IMG/VR virus record: IMGVR_UViG_3300033067_000531
Source: a virus
Lineage: Duplodnaviria; Heunggongvirae; Uroviricota; Caudoviricetes
Reading direction: 5' to 3' (one strand)
Length of the DNA: 45,158 bases
The notes below the pieces were generated by a model, which was not told the origin of the DNA, did no database searches, and saw nothing but the letters and a program-made list of their open reading frames with translations. This document shows, one piece after another, positions 17,902 to 27,650 of the stretch. Numbering within the stretch: the first letter of the stretch is position 1; the number at the start of each line of letters is the position of its first letter. Position numbers and translations under genes: made by a program.

Positions 17902-19656
17902 TTAAACGCTTTTTTGCGGCTTTTTCGTTTTCATCATTGGATCAATTTCAATGGTGTCACGGGGTTCGCCAGTCAGTGTCTTACCACCTTGTAGTACCGC
18001 AGCTGCCTGTGGTGCTTCTCTAGTGGAATCCATTGCCAATTTTAAGACTTTTGGTCTTTTTAGTCCTGCAACAGATTTGTCTTCCTTTTCATGGTCGTAC
18101 ATTTCTTCTGTTACTTTTTTCTTTGCACCCAACAACAACTTCACTTTCTTAGCTGTTGATTTATCAGTATCGTCTGGGTTGTTAGCACCGTCTCCAGGTT
18201 GATTACATGCAGCCATTGGTTCCAAAGATTCTTTGAAGTGTGCAATAGCTGTTGCCTTCTTACCTTTTGCAGTAAGAGTATTCACCGCAGCCTGCGCTTG
18301 GTGACCATTGGAGAACTTCTTCCATGGTTTGCCGTCAATATGTACGGTGTGTGGACGATCCATGGTAGACTTGGCCTTGAACTTCGGTTTACCATAACCT
18401 TCGTCATCCTCACGTGGTTTCTTTGCAAAACCAGTACGGTTATCATCGTAACCGTTACCTTCATCTAAGACTTCTTCGGTCTTATATAATGTTTGGTTAC
18501 GTAAAACATCAGCAACAGTACCTAAGTTTTTATGCTTGTGGTCTGTTACCTTATGGTTAGACTTTGCAACTTTAGATTGTCTCAACTGAGCAACAGTATT
18601 GAAGTGTAACTTGGTGTCATCATCACGATGCACCCAATAACCTTCCGTCACAGTTTCTTCTTTGACCTTAGTCCAGGTACCAGGACGTTCTAGGTTTGCA
18701 TAACGCTCGTGGTCTCTGAATGCTTTGCTAGCACCAGCACTATCACCTTTCTTTTGTGCATCACCAATCTTTTCAAAAGATGAATCGACCTTTTTCTTTA
18801 GTTGGTGACCACGAACAATCTTACCAATGATAGACTTTTTATTGACTTCTTCATTGGCTAAAGAATGATGGTTGATTTTCTGTTGTCTATCAACTTCTTT
18901 GGTGTTCTTTTCCAACTCTTGTTTCTTCTTTTCTGCTTGGCGCTTAGCTTCATTTCTGTTAGATTCTTCAGCATCCTTTGCCCATTTCGCACGAGTACTT
19001 GGACTAGGAAATGCACCAGCAATAGAATGTGCTTTACTTGCGGCACCTGCGGCACCAACACCAAGAATACCCTTCAAAACACCACGGCGAGAAATGTCTT
19101 CCTTGACAGTTTTCTTTTCATCATCTTTCTTATAAGATGCTTGCATACGAGCCGCAAGAGACTTCATATCAACGGGTTTCTTTTTGGCCAGTTCTTTCAC
19201 ACGTAATACTGTGGACTGATAATCACCACCATAGTTTGCTTCTTTGGCTTCCATGTATGCAGTTAGTGTTTGTAAAGAAGAAGCGTCTAATTTTTCAACT
19301 TCTTCCTTGATGATTCTGCCATACTGGTCCATTGACAAAGTGCCTTTGCCACGAAGGGTAATCAGTCGTTCTACCATCTTGTGTAGGTCGATATCAGATT
19401 TTAAATCTTCACGAGCGAACTCCAAAACACGAATCAACAATGGAATATCCATGGTGATTGTGTCTTTCTTATCTACAGCTTCCATCACATTATCATTGAT
19501 GTGGTGCATCATCCAAGTCTTAAACTGTGCAGTCTTGGAATGTGCAACCTTTTGATCCTTAGTGGCGAAATCTGGATTGATACCTCTAGATTTCAAATAA
19601 CGATTCAAAAGTGGTGTTTCTTGTAGTGTCTTTTTGATTTTATCAAATTTTGACAT
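17902..19656 (-). CDS. modular, highly charged putative internal head protein
   Basis: K/E-rich 584 aa; short modules separated by (V/L/I)xE sites. Confidence 0.65.
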   Translation of the reverse strand: MSKFDKIKKTLQETPLLNRYLKSRGINPDFATKDQKVAHSKTAQFKTWMMHHINDNVMEAVDKKDTITMDIPLLIRVLEFAREDLKSDIDLHKMVERLITLRGKGTLSMDQYGRIIKEEVEKLDASSLQTLTAYMEAKEANYGGDYQSTVLRVKELAKKKPVDMKSLAARMQASYKKDDEKKTVKEDISRRGVLKGILGVGAAGAASKAHSIAGAFPSPSTRAKWAKDAEESNRNEAKRQAEKKKQELEKNTKEVDRQQKINHHSLANEEVNKKSIIGKIVRGHQLKKKVDSSFEKIGDAQKKGDSAGASKAFRDHERYANLERPGTWTKVKEETVTEGYWVHRDDDTKLHFNTVAQLRQSKVAKSNHKVTDHKHKNLGTVADVLRNQTLYKTEEVLDEGNGYDDNRTGFAKKPREDDEGYGKPKFKAKSTMDRPHTVHIDGKPWKKFSNGHQAQAAVNTLTAKGKKATAIAHFKESLEPMAACNQPGDGANNPDDTDKSTAKKVKLLLGAKKKVTEEMYDHEKEDKSVAGLKRPKVLKLAMDSTREAPQAAAVLQGGKTLTGEPRDTIEIDPMMKTKKPQKSV

Positions 19657-19657
19657 A

Positions 19658-19843
19658 TCATTTACCTTTTTGGCCTAATTCTTTTCTTAGTTTTTTCATC
19701 GCCGTTTGTGCTAGATTTTTTGCTCTAGACATTGGTGTGTGAACCGCACCTGATTTATCCTTAACGAACTCTGGTGATGATGTTGTGTTATATGGTGGAA
19801 CAAACGGAACACTGTCGTCTTCCGGATGTTTGCCCTCATTTAC
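19658..19843 (-). CDS. 61-codon reading frame in the -1 frame of the upstream gene (candidate frameshift extension)
   Basis: VNEGKHPEDDSVPFVPP...KDKSGAVHTPMSRAKNLAQTAMKKLRKELGQKGK*; begins at A_AAA_AAG and stops just before the next ATG. Confidence 0.6.
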   Translation of the reverse strand, partial: VNEGKHPEDDSVPFVPPYNTTSSPEFVKDKSGAVHTPMSRAKNLAQTAMKKLRKELGQKGK

Positions 19844-20325
19844 TTTTTTTTTTCTTCGCCTTCTTCTTGTTCTGGCTTAGAAGTTTGTTTTCCACCACCG
19901 TAACGAGTGCCTTGTTTTACACCAGAACCACCAGATGGTTTAGGACCAGATTTAACGCTGTCTTTTGCAGCCTTAACCATATCATCCCAACCTTCTTCGA
20001 CTTGTTCTTGTTCTTCTTTACGCAACAGTTTGAAGTCTTGTGCATCAATCTTGTTGTTCTTGTTCTTGTCGATTTTGTGTTGGTCGCCTTTTAAAGCTTC
20101 ATCAACAGATTCAGTTTCTTCATTCTGTTTAGAATAATATGCACCAAGAGCCATCTTCTTACGTTGTTCTTTGGATTTACCAGCGAACTTAGGATTGTCA
20201 GAATTCACAAAGTCTTTGATCCAAGCACCTGCATCAGCATCCTTGGACATTACTTCTTGTACCAACTGTTCAAAAATTGAGTTGTTTTCGAACTGTTCTT
20301 TGAATTGTTTTAATGTTTTTGACAT
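19840..20325 (-). CDS. putative internal head protein with EF-hand-like loop
   Basis: MSKTLKQFKE N-terminus; DKNKNNKIDAQDF; ends at an A10 run. Confidence 0.7.
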   Translation of the reverse strand: MSKTLKQFKEQFENNSIFEQLVQEVMSKDADAGAWIKDFVNSDNPKFAGKSKEQRKKMALGAYYSKQNEETESVDEALKGDQHKIDKNKNNKIDAQDFKLLRKEEQEQVEEGWDDMVKAAKDSVKSGPKPSGGSGVKQGTRYGGGKQTSKPEQEEGEEKKK

Positions 20326-20326
20326 A

Positions 20327-22243
20327 TTACACCGCCTTCTTTCTTTTTCTTATTGTATCATAGGTGTATCCCACCTTGTTGTTTGGATTCTCTATTGGTT
20401 CTTTATTATCAGAACCACTCAAAGTTCCAACGAAACCAGATTCTGGTTCATTTTGGAAACCTTTTGTCTCTTTAATAGTTTTTCTGAACTTCTTAAAGTC
20501 TTTCGGTCCAGTTTCCAATGGGTTAGGTTTTGGACCACCTGCCATACCTGCGAAGTTGACAACATCAGCATTACTTGCTGTTGGACCAATCGTATCTTCG
20601 CTGTATGTTTGATTACCCAATCCAGCACCTGCAGCGGCACCTTGGCCACCTGCACGTGAGTCGTATTCTGGTCCAACGCCAGAAGGTGTGCCGACTCTAC
20701 TTGCTGAATTTGATTTGTCGCCATTTCTTAAACGTCTGATTTTGTCTGCGTCTTTACTGAAGTTGCTTTCTTTCGGCTCTGCGAACTTCTGGATGTGCGG
20801 GTTTGTTTCTTCATAGACTCCTGACCAGGCGCCACCTGAGTGTCCTTTTTCGGCTGGGTCTTTTCTGACACGGAGCGGACCTTTGATTTGGTCTGTTTCG
20901 GTTCCGATTTTTCGATTATCTGGGATGATACTGCCAAAATCTTCTGCTCGTCCTGTTGTGCCTTTGACAATTCTGGCGTTTCTACTTTCTTTGAGCCTTT
21001 GAACAAAGCTAAAATTCTTTTGAACATTGTTAGTTTCCTTAACTATAACATGATTATTATTTAGCTTACCATGGGTTTCCATCCAACGGTATGCTTCTGA
21101 CATATAGGTATTATCATCAATAAACATATTCAACTGGTGATATATTTCTGTGATATCTTCCTCTATCGTTTCCAGAGAATCACTATTATTCAAATCAATA
21201 AAATTAGTGAAATTCTGTTTATACGATTCTTTACAAGTTTGAGCCAGTTCCCACTTTTCTTGGCGAATAGACTCAGCAATCATCTTGGTCAACTTTTCAT
21301 TTCTGGATTGACTAACTTCATTTGTGGTGTTGACGAACACCATGGTTGTCGAATAACCCAATTCCTCAAGCTCTTCTTTGATTGCAATCATTCTGGTGTG
21401 GTCGTCCGCAGGTCCATTAATAACAAGTGGACCACGTTTACGGATAGCTTCTCTACGGAAATCATTAGATTGTTCCGCAAGATTTCCTTTATCCATCAAG
21501 TAGTTATACGCTTGAGTTGAAGTAATTTCTACGGCCTTTTGTTCAGCAATCGCTTCACGGATAACAATATCTTTACCCGAACCAGGACCACCAGTAACAA
21601 AGATGGCCTTGAACATACCACGATTCACGTTCTCATTCAATCCCATGCCCTTACGAACATCACGGAATAATTCCTTTGCGTGTTTCTCTGGTACGTGTTG
21701 AGGTACACCCTGTTTGAATGACACAAAATCGTTGTTCTTTGCATGTTCACGCATCTTAGAAGCGGACATACCTTCTGCACCTTCGGCATCAGGATCACGT
21801 TGTCCAGCAGATTTAACTTCAATCTTCTTAAAGTTAAACAGTTTACCTGGACCTTCTCCGTTGTACTTTTCCAACTTCTCTTGATATTCTTGTAATCTGT
21901 CTGAACCTGCAACCATCACTAAATGGTCGTGGCCAGCGGCATGTAATTTGGCAGCATGTTGCAAGAATGTTGGGTGCTCTTTGGTTGAGTGTTCAATGTT
22001 GGCACCAGGAAAGAAACGTTTTGCATGTTTCAACTTACTCTTAACATCTAGTGGATTCTTCTTAATATCAGAAGAATGTGACACTATGATGTGGTGGGGC
22101 GCATGATAGTCTTTAGCAATCTCTCTAACCCTGTTGACCAGTTTCTCGTGACCAATTGTAGGTGGATTCATACGGCCAAAGGCCATAACAACCGGCAAAT
22201 GGGTTGCTGCGTCTTCTTGTAGTTTTTCTAAAAAACTTTTCAT
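20327..22243 (-). CDS. HxGH-class nucleotidyltransferase fused to a P-loop kinase domain
   Basis: FGRMNPPTIGH, VAGSDR, MSASKMR; Walker A GGPGSGKD; MKSFLEKLQE N-terminus. Confidence 0.8.
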   Translation of the reverse strand: MKSFLEKLQEDAATHLPVVMAFGRMNPPTIGHEKLVNRVREIAKDYHAPHHIIVSHSSDIKKNPLDVKSKLKHAKRFFPGANIEHSTKEHPTFLQHAAKLHAAGHDHLVMVAGSDRLQEYQEKLEKYNGEGPGKLFNFKKIEVKSAGQRDPDAEGAEGMSASKMREHAKNNDFVSFKQGVPQHVPEKHAKELFRDVRKGMGLNENVNRGMFKAIFVTGGPGSGKDIVIREAIAEQKAVEITSTQAYNYLMDKGNLAEQSNDFRREAIRKRGPLVINGPADDHTRMIAIKEELEELGYSTTMVFVNTTNEVSQSRNEKLTKMIAESIRQEKWELAQTCKESYKQNFTNFIDLNNSDSLETIEEDITEIYHQLNMFIDDNTYMSEAYRWMETHGKLNNNHVIVKETNNVQKNFSFVQRLKESRNARIVKGTTGRAEDFGSIIPDNRKIGTETDQIKGPLRVRKDPAEKGHSGGAWSGVYEETNPHIQKFAEPKESNFSKDADKIRRLRNGDKSNSASRVGTPSGVGPEYDSRAGGQGAAAGAGLGNQTYSEDTIGPTASNADVVNFAGMAGGPKPNPLETGPKDFKKFRKTIKETKGFQNEPESGFVGTLSGSDNKEPIENPNNKVGYTYDTIRKRKKAV

Positions 22244-23430
22244 ATGTTTCTGATTCCTGCGAAATTTCTTCTGGAGAATTCTGCTCTATTAACAAACTTA
22301 TCTGTTTCCTTACCGTGGTGGAATACATATCCTTCTGGATTTGCAGCTTCACCGCCGTGTTCATGTTGAAACTCTTGGTGTTGATTCATAACATCAATCA
22401 ATACACCTTTTGCTTTTTGTAGGTGTCCATGTAACTTGAATACATTATTGTAATGTTTTCTGTTTCTATCAACCTTATCCAATTCAGACTTTAATTCTGT
22501 CTGCTTGGCCTTTTTGTTCTTTTCAACTTTAAGTTTGTCGATTTCTTTGTTTTTCTTGGATTCCAACCAGTTCTTAAAGTTGTTATGATTAGCTTCTTCA
22601 CCGGTACGAACAGTGTGGTTCATATAGGCTTCTAATGGACCACCGACACCTTGGTGTGCTTTGGTACCAGCATACATATCGTCACCATGAGTATCATGTA
22701 CTGCTTGTGCAGCTGACATATGTTTGTTGAACTGTTTTTGTTGTTCTTTACTAAAATGAACCTTTGAAGTGTCCATTCTAGGATCCACAGAGAATACATC
22801 AGGATGTTTGTTGAAATTCTCGTGGTCAACTTCATGGTGTGCGTTCAAGTTAGCAGCACTTCCATGGTATGACAGGTGAGTAACCACACCAATTTTGGCC
22901 TTACGTACAGCCAAATTGTGTTTGCCGTGGGCAGTATATGTTAGACCGGAAGGGTTTGGATGGAAGGAAACACTGTCACGGTTGGTTTTTTTATCTTCAT
23001 CCGAGAACATCATATCACCTTGGTAAACACCTTTCTTCGGTGCAACCTTTGGTAGATGTTTCAGTGCATCTTTAAGTTTTTGTGCCAATCCTGGAGCATG
23101 ACCGTGGTTCTTGTCAATATCATCAGGAGTGTAGTTAATTTTAGGTGTTTTGTTGAAAGCCGACTTAGAAGCGACAAAAAACTTACCTGTTTCTGGATGG
23201 TGACCATACACAATTGCAGGTGAACCATCATATTTTGTTGTTAGTTCCGAGGTCTTTTTGCCTTGTTTAATATGCTCTGCAGCAGCAGACAAAGACGAAA
23301 TGGCGTGCATAGCACCCTTTTCACCATTTTGTAGGTGACGGTCTTCTACGTGAGTCAAATGTTTAATTTGTCTACTGGCACCTTCTTCGGAGTCCTCTTG
23401 TTCGACTATAAACTGTTGGAACGATTTCAT
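22240..23430 (-). CDS. ligase/capping-type covalent nucleotidyltransferase-like protein
   Basis: TKYDG (motif I), YQGDMM (III-like), EGYV (IV), DKFV (V-like); MKSFQQFIVE N-terminus. Confidence 0.6.
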   Translation of the reverse strand: MKSFQQFIVEQEDSEEGASRQIKHLTHVEDRHLQNGEKGAMHAISSLSAAAEHIKQGKKTSELTTKYDGSPAIVYGHHPETGKFFVASKSAFNKTPKINYTPDDIDKNHGHAPGLAQKLKDALKHLPKVAPKKGVYQGDMMFSDEDKKTNRDSVSFHPNPSGLTYTAHGKHNLAVRKAKIGVVTHLSYHGSAANLNAHHEVDHENFNKHPDVFSVDPRMDTSKVHFSKEQQKQFNKHMSAAQAVHDTHGDDMYAGTKAHQGVGGPLEAYMNHTVRTGEEANHNNFKNWLESKKNKEIDKLKVEKNKKAKQTELKSELDKVDRNRKHYNNVFKLHGHLQKAKGVLIDVMNQHQEFQHEHGGEAANPEGYVFHHGKETDKFVNRAEFSRRNFAGIRNI

Positions 23431-23470
23431 TTATACCTCTAGATATGCAACACACTTTGGTTGCCATTTA

Positions 23471-23478
23471 TATTTATA
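23471..23478 (-). promoter_or_regulatory. T4-type late promoter
   Basis: Exact TATAAATA on the minus strand about 40 nt upstream of the 23430 start. Confidence 0.7.
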
Positions 23479-23932
23479 CGTTTTTATCCATCAAACCTAC
23501 GTAGTCTGAGCAGACACCATAACAGTTTGATGTAAATTGGTTTACGTCATCCAGTGACATATAACGTTCTGGCATAACACATACACTGTGTTCAGACAAC
23601 ATTTGTCCTGGGTATGTCCAGATATAACCTTCACTGGTTAATGTGAAACGGTCTTCTTCGTGCCAGAAGTAGTTGAATTTCTTATGTTGTTTACGTAACC
23701 ACACCAGAGCATCCAAGTTCTTTGCATGAATCCACAGAGGATTAATGGAAAGGAAAGAATAGTCAACTTTATGTGTTGGTTCATCGTGACCCAAGAAAAG
23801 TTGACCATTTTTAACCCACAAATCAACCTCACAATCATAACCTTGCCTTACGGCCTTCATAATTTGTTCTGGATGATTCTCTAATTCTTTATCTGGTCCC
23901 TGCGTTAGACCTCTGTGTGCGATGTAAATCAT
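23474..23932 (-). CDS. glycerophosphodiester phosphodiesterase-like protein
   Basis: IAHRG...EN...GYDCEVDLW...LGHD. Confidence 0.8.
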   Translation of the reverse strand: MIYIAHRGLTQGPDKELENHPEQIMKAVRQGYDCEVDLWVKNGQLFLGHDEPTHKVDYSFLSINPLWIHAKNLDALVWLRKQHKKFNYFWHEEDRFTLTSEGYIWTYPGQMLSEHSVCVMPERYMSLDDVNQFTSNCYGVCSDYVGLMDKNV

Positions 23933-24648
23933 TGATAACCGTATGTTTGTTTATGTGCATATTCACCTTTGGGTGTATGCATCAACATCTTGTCAATTGC
24001 AACTTCCTCCCAAGGGAAACTCATTCTACGGAAAAGGTGTTCTGATATGATATGTGGACACAATACGTTAGTTTCACGATAGAGTGCAGGTAACGCAGTC
24101 AACATATTTGAGAAAATAGTCATCAACCACGGATTACTGACCTGTAACATATCACCGGTACCTTGACCTAGATGGTTCCTATGTAGGATAGTATAAAACT
24201 TGTTGTTATCAAACTCTGGTAATTGATGTTTGAATACCATATCTGGCCTCATTCTAATCACCAAATCATAGTGTTTACCTGTTCTGGCAGTATAATCATT
24301 CATTAGTTCCACACCCTTGTGTAGTTTGTAGAACATGGAGATAATATTGCGTTTCACGTGAAAGTGGTTTTCATACAATTCTGCATGTTGTTCGAAACCT
24401 GCACGATAAGGTTCAAAATCTTCAAACACCATACTAACTGGTTTGTATGCTTCCTGAACTGCGGCCGTATCAATCTTAGGACTGTTGGCAACGAAACCTT
24501 CTTTACTATGTGGATCCCACCAAGCCTGTTCGTCCCATGCATGAATGAAAACGTCAGGATTCCATCTATCCAAAATCATCTCTTTGGTGTTTGGAAACAC
24601 TTGGTCCCAGCAACGCAAGTGTCCTGTCAAAATCAATGCGACTTTCAT
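23929..24648 (-). CDS. putative glycosyltransferase-like protein
   Basis: MKVALILTGHLR, DVFIHAW, YDLVIRMRPD pattern; in glycan cluster. Confidence 0.6.
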   Translation of the reverse strand: MKVALILTGHLRCWDQVFPNTKEMILDRWNPDVFIHAWDEQAWWDPHSKEGFVANSPKIDTAAVQEAYKPVSMVFEDFEPYRAGFEQHAELYENHFHVKRNIISMFYKLHKGVELMNDYTARTGKHYDLVIRMRPDMVFKHQLPEFDNNKFYTILHRNHLGQGTGDMLQVSNPWLMTIFSNMLTALPALYRETNVLCPHIISEHLFRRMSFPWEEVAIDKMLMHTPKGEYAHKQTYGYQ

Positions 24649-26012
24649 TTGTGATGGTCCAAGTAGTGATTCAAATCTTCTGGTGTTCCTAGTCCCCACA
24701 TACGGTCAATATTCTTAACACGAAACTTCTTGCCGTCAGCAATAGCTTCATTGAACACTGGACAAACATAGAACTCATTATTCACACGAATGTTCTTCTC
24801 AATCATTTGTTCTGCATACTTCACATAGTCAGAACCACGGTTCCAATAGTAAATACCCACAGTAGCGATGTTAGAAATAGGATTCTTTTCTGCCACTTCT
24901 TCAACGAAGCCATCTTGGTTGAGTTTTGCGAACGACCATTTCGGATGAGTAGATTCAAACGTAATGATACCACCGTCAATACTGTCAGCAGTAAAAGCGT
25001 ATAAACATTCATTAGAGTTCCATTCCACAAATTGGTCTGAGTTTGCCATCAATAGTGGTTCATTGTTGTTGATTAAATCCTTCGCCAGGAGTGTGGTACA
25101 TGCAGCACCCTCAGTCACACCATCAACTTGGATTATATCACATCCTGGTGCAATTAGATTCAAAACCGACTGTAAATTATACTTTTCGTAGTGTTCTTTC
25201 TGAACCAGGAAGATAAAGTGTGCATCCACGTTCAAATTATCCACAACCACCTGAATCATAGGCTTGCCATTTACATCAATTAGTGGTTTAGGGAAAGTAT
25301 AACCGGCTTGTGCGAATCTGGATCCTGCACCTGCCATAGGAATCAAAACATTCATTTTCTTATTTCTCCATGGTACTTGTTTCTTTTTAACACTATCAAA
25401 CTCTTTACAGAATTCCATAAAAGTGTCATACTTCAAATCATATGCATCTTTAACCGGATATAAGTGAGCACCAGAGTTCATGGCACCTTCTCGACCGATG
25501 TGTGAATCTTCTACAATGATTGTATCTTTAGGTAGTGCCTTTAATTTAGTCATACACTGCCAGTACATTTCAGGAAATGGTTTCGGATTAAAAACATCCT
25601 CATTACTGACAAAGTAATCCACAAATTGCATTGCGCCACATGATTGTAATGCAATCTTAACCGTTTCACGAATACTGTTTGATGCAACCGCAATTTTCCA
25701 ACCACGATTTTTCAATACACCCATAGCAAGTAACGCTTCTTTGTTGAAGTATGCATTAGGAATTAATTCGAAGGTGGCCTTTTGTTTGTCACCCCAAATT
25801 TGGTCATAATATTGAACAGGAAGACCTTTATCTTCCGTCAACATTTTCAATTTCTTGGTTGTGTTTAGACCGTCATACTTACTCAAGTGTTCTTCACGTG
25901 TGATGACATATTTTTCATCGACTTTACGTAACGCTTCGTTCAAAGAATCAAAGTGTAAATCACGTGAATCTAGTAGTACACCGTCCAAATCAAAAATAAC
26001 TAACTTGTTCAT
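24645..26012 (-). CDS. HAD phosphatase fused to sugar-phosphate nucleotidyltransferase
   Basis: FDLDGVL, KPFP, EDS; then PMAGAGSRF...PKPLI, NSDQ, AEK, LGTPEDL. Confidence 0.9.
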   Translation of the reverse strand: MNKLVIFDLDGVLLDSRDLHFDSLNEALRKVDEKYVITREEHLSKYDGLNTTKKLKMLTEDKGLPVQYYDQIWGDKQKATFELIPNAYFNKEALLAMGVLKNRGWKIAVASNSIRETVKIALQSCGAMQFVDYFVSNEDVFNPKPFPEMYWQCMTKLKALPKDTIIVEDSHIGREGAMNSGAHLYPVKDAYDLKYDTFMEFCKEFDSVKKKQVPWRNKKMNVLIPMAGAGSRFAQAGYTFPKPLIDVNGKPMIQVVVDNLNVDAHFIFLVQKEHYEKYNLQSVLNLIAPGCDIIQVDGVTEGAACTTLLAKDLINNNEPLLMANSDQFVEWNSNECLYAFTADSIDGGIITFESTHPKWSFAKLNQDGFVEEVAEKNPISNIATVGIYYWNRGSDYVKYAEQMIEKNIRVNNEFYVCPVFNEAIADGKKFRVKNIDRMWGLGTPEDLNHYLDHHK

Positions 26013-26824
26013 ACTTTATTAAATTCATTGAATAATACAAATGGATCCAGTCCTTTTTGGTGGTCTGGAATCTGATGCAACTCAAACAATTCAGGATTCA
26101 ACAAAGTCGAAATCAAGAAAAGTGTTTGGTCATCATCCACTAATTTATTAGACATTAAAATCTGGAATGATTTGTTCATCAGTTGTGACATTACACTCCA
26201 CATTTCTTTAGAAGCAACAGCCTTAGCACCCAAGATGTGAACATCGTTTGATGCAACCAAATCCTGTAATGAACGACCTTCTTGGTAGTCGTGATACTTG
26301 AACAGATGAATTTTCGTTGGATCAAAATCATATTCCCACTTCATGCTTGGTGGAATCTTTGATGCATCACGACAGTAACCAAAATCAATCCATGCAACCA
26401 TGTCATTAGACACCAGATTATTCTTGATGGCCATATCCACAAAAGTTGCTTTTAGATTGGTGACCAAAACATAGTCGGCATTCCAATATTCAGGATTCAA
26501 ACGTTGTGACTTATAAATCAAGTCTTGATATTCTTTATCTTGGTGTACCTTGACAATTTCTTCACGCACTTTGGCATATGCGCCACGTGGATCAAATTCA
26601 ACAAACTTAGTTTTGTCTTCCTTACCTGCACGTAATGGTCGCAACTTCTCAATGATATCTGGTGTGGAGAAAACAACCATTTCATTTTCTAGTTTTGCTG
26701 TATGTGAAAAACGTTCGATGTAAGTATCAACCGAACGTTCGAGATAATGGGGTAATCCCTTTTCAGGTTTCCAATCACCACGACCAATGTCATAGAATGC
26801 TGTAACGATAGTGATATTAGACAT
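26009..26824 (-). CDS. HtrL/YibB-like putative glycosyltransferase
   Basis: ITIVTAFYDIGRGDW, AWIDFGY, DDDQ. Confidence 0.75.
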   Translation of the reverse strand: MSNITIVTAFYDIGRGDWKPEKGLPHYLERSVDTYIERFSHTAKLENEMVVFSTPDIIEKLRPLRAGKEDKTKFVEFDPRGAYAKVREEIVKVHQDKEYQDLIYKSQRLNPEYWNADYVLVTNLKATFVDMAIKNNLVSNDMVAWIDFGYCRDASKIPPSMKWEYDFDPTKIHLFKYHDYQEGRSLQDLVASNDVHILGAKAVASKEMWSVMSQLMNKSFQILMSNKLVDDDQTLFLISTLLNPELFELHQIPDHQKGLDPFVLFNEFNKV

Positions 26825-27650
26825 ATTTCTCCATTATAAATTTCTTCCACTCAGGTACTCGGTCGTACTGGTGAACAATATAGAATTCGTTACCTGATGC
26901 AGTTAAGAATTTACCATCTTTGAATACTGGCGGAACTTCTGTCCAGAAAGGTCTGAACTCGTCCACTTTGGTTGGGTCGTTCATTGTGCCTGCTTGCAAA
27001 GTCCATGCGGTAGACATTGGTGCAGAATAAGTAACGTCTTTGTAGGGTTGGGTGTTGATAAGCATGTTGAATACTGCTTGGTCAACAATTGGAATAGGAC
27101 GATTGATACCGTTTGCGAACATATTGAATACTAGGTCTTTAACGTATTCAGATTCACCACCGATAACTCCACAACAACAGATTCTCATGTTTTTGAATCC
27201 TAATGTTTCGTAGAAGTAATCACCATACGCTTGACGTAGGTTGTCTCTGTTCCATGGTTCATCTTTGTAATACATGGCTTCAGATGGTGCAACTAACTTG
27301 ACACCCGAACGACCAATGTTATTTGCTTCCAACCATTCAAATGGATTTTTCTGGAAGATAACATCTTTAACATCGGTTGTAATTACATAATTGTAATTTG
27401 CCCAATGTGTTCTTAGGTATTCATAGATTGATAGAAAACGGAGAACGTGAACTGGAATGTTTGCTTGTGGCATTTCTACCAATTCAAACTTCTTTTCTTT
27501 TAACCAGTCTCTTGTTTCCTGATTGATATTACTGACACACATAACTCGATGTGCATCTGGCATAGTATCTTCAATAGACAACACCCAAGGTTTAATTTGG
27601 TCAATGTTGTAATTGAAAATACCACCAATGATTAGGTTCTTTTTCGCCAA
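26817..27650 (-). CDS. GT-A fold glycosyltransferase
   Basis: TDVKDVIFQKNPF, DQAVFN, VHQYDR. Confidence 0.75.
   Translation of the reverse strand: MAKKNLIIGGIFNYNIDQIKPWVLSIEDTMPDAHRVMCVSNINQETRDWLKEKKFELVEMPQANIPVHVLRFLSIYEYLRTHWANYNYVITTDVKDVIFQKNPFEWLEANNIGRSGVKLVAPSEAMYYKDEPWNRDNLRQAYGDYFYETLGFKNMRICCCGVIGGESEYVKDLVFNMFANGINRPIPIVDQAVFNMLINTQPYKDVTYSAPMSTAWTLQAGTMNDPTKVDEFRPFWTEVPPVFKDGKFLTASGNEFYIVHQYDRVPEWKKFIMEKYV

Noticed and set aside
19714-19839. ORF from ATG 19839 (MRANIRKTT...) as the gene filling the gap
   Set aside because: It is shorter, unlike its neighbours in composition and leaves a gap; the -1 frame fills the interval up to the next gene
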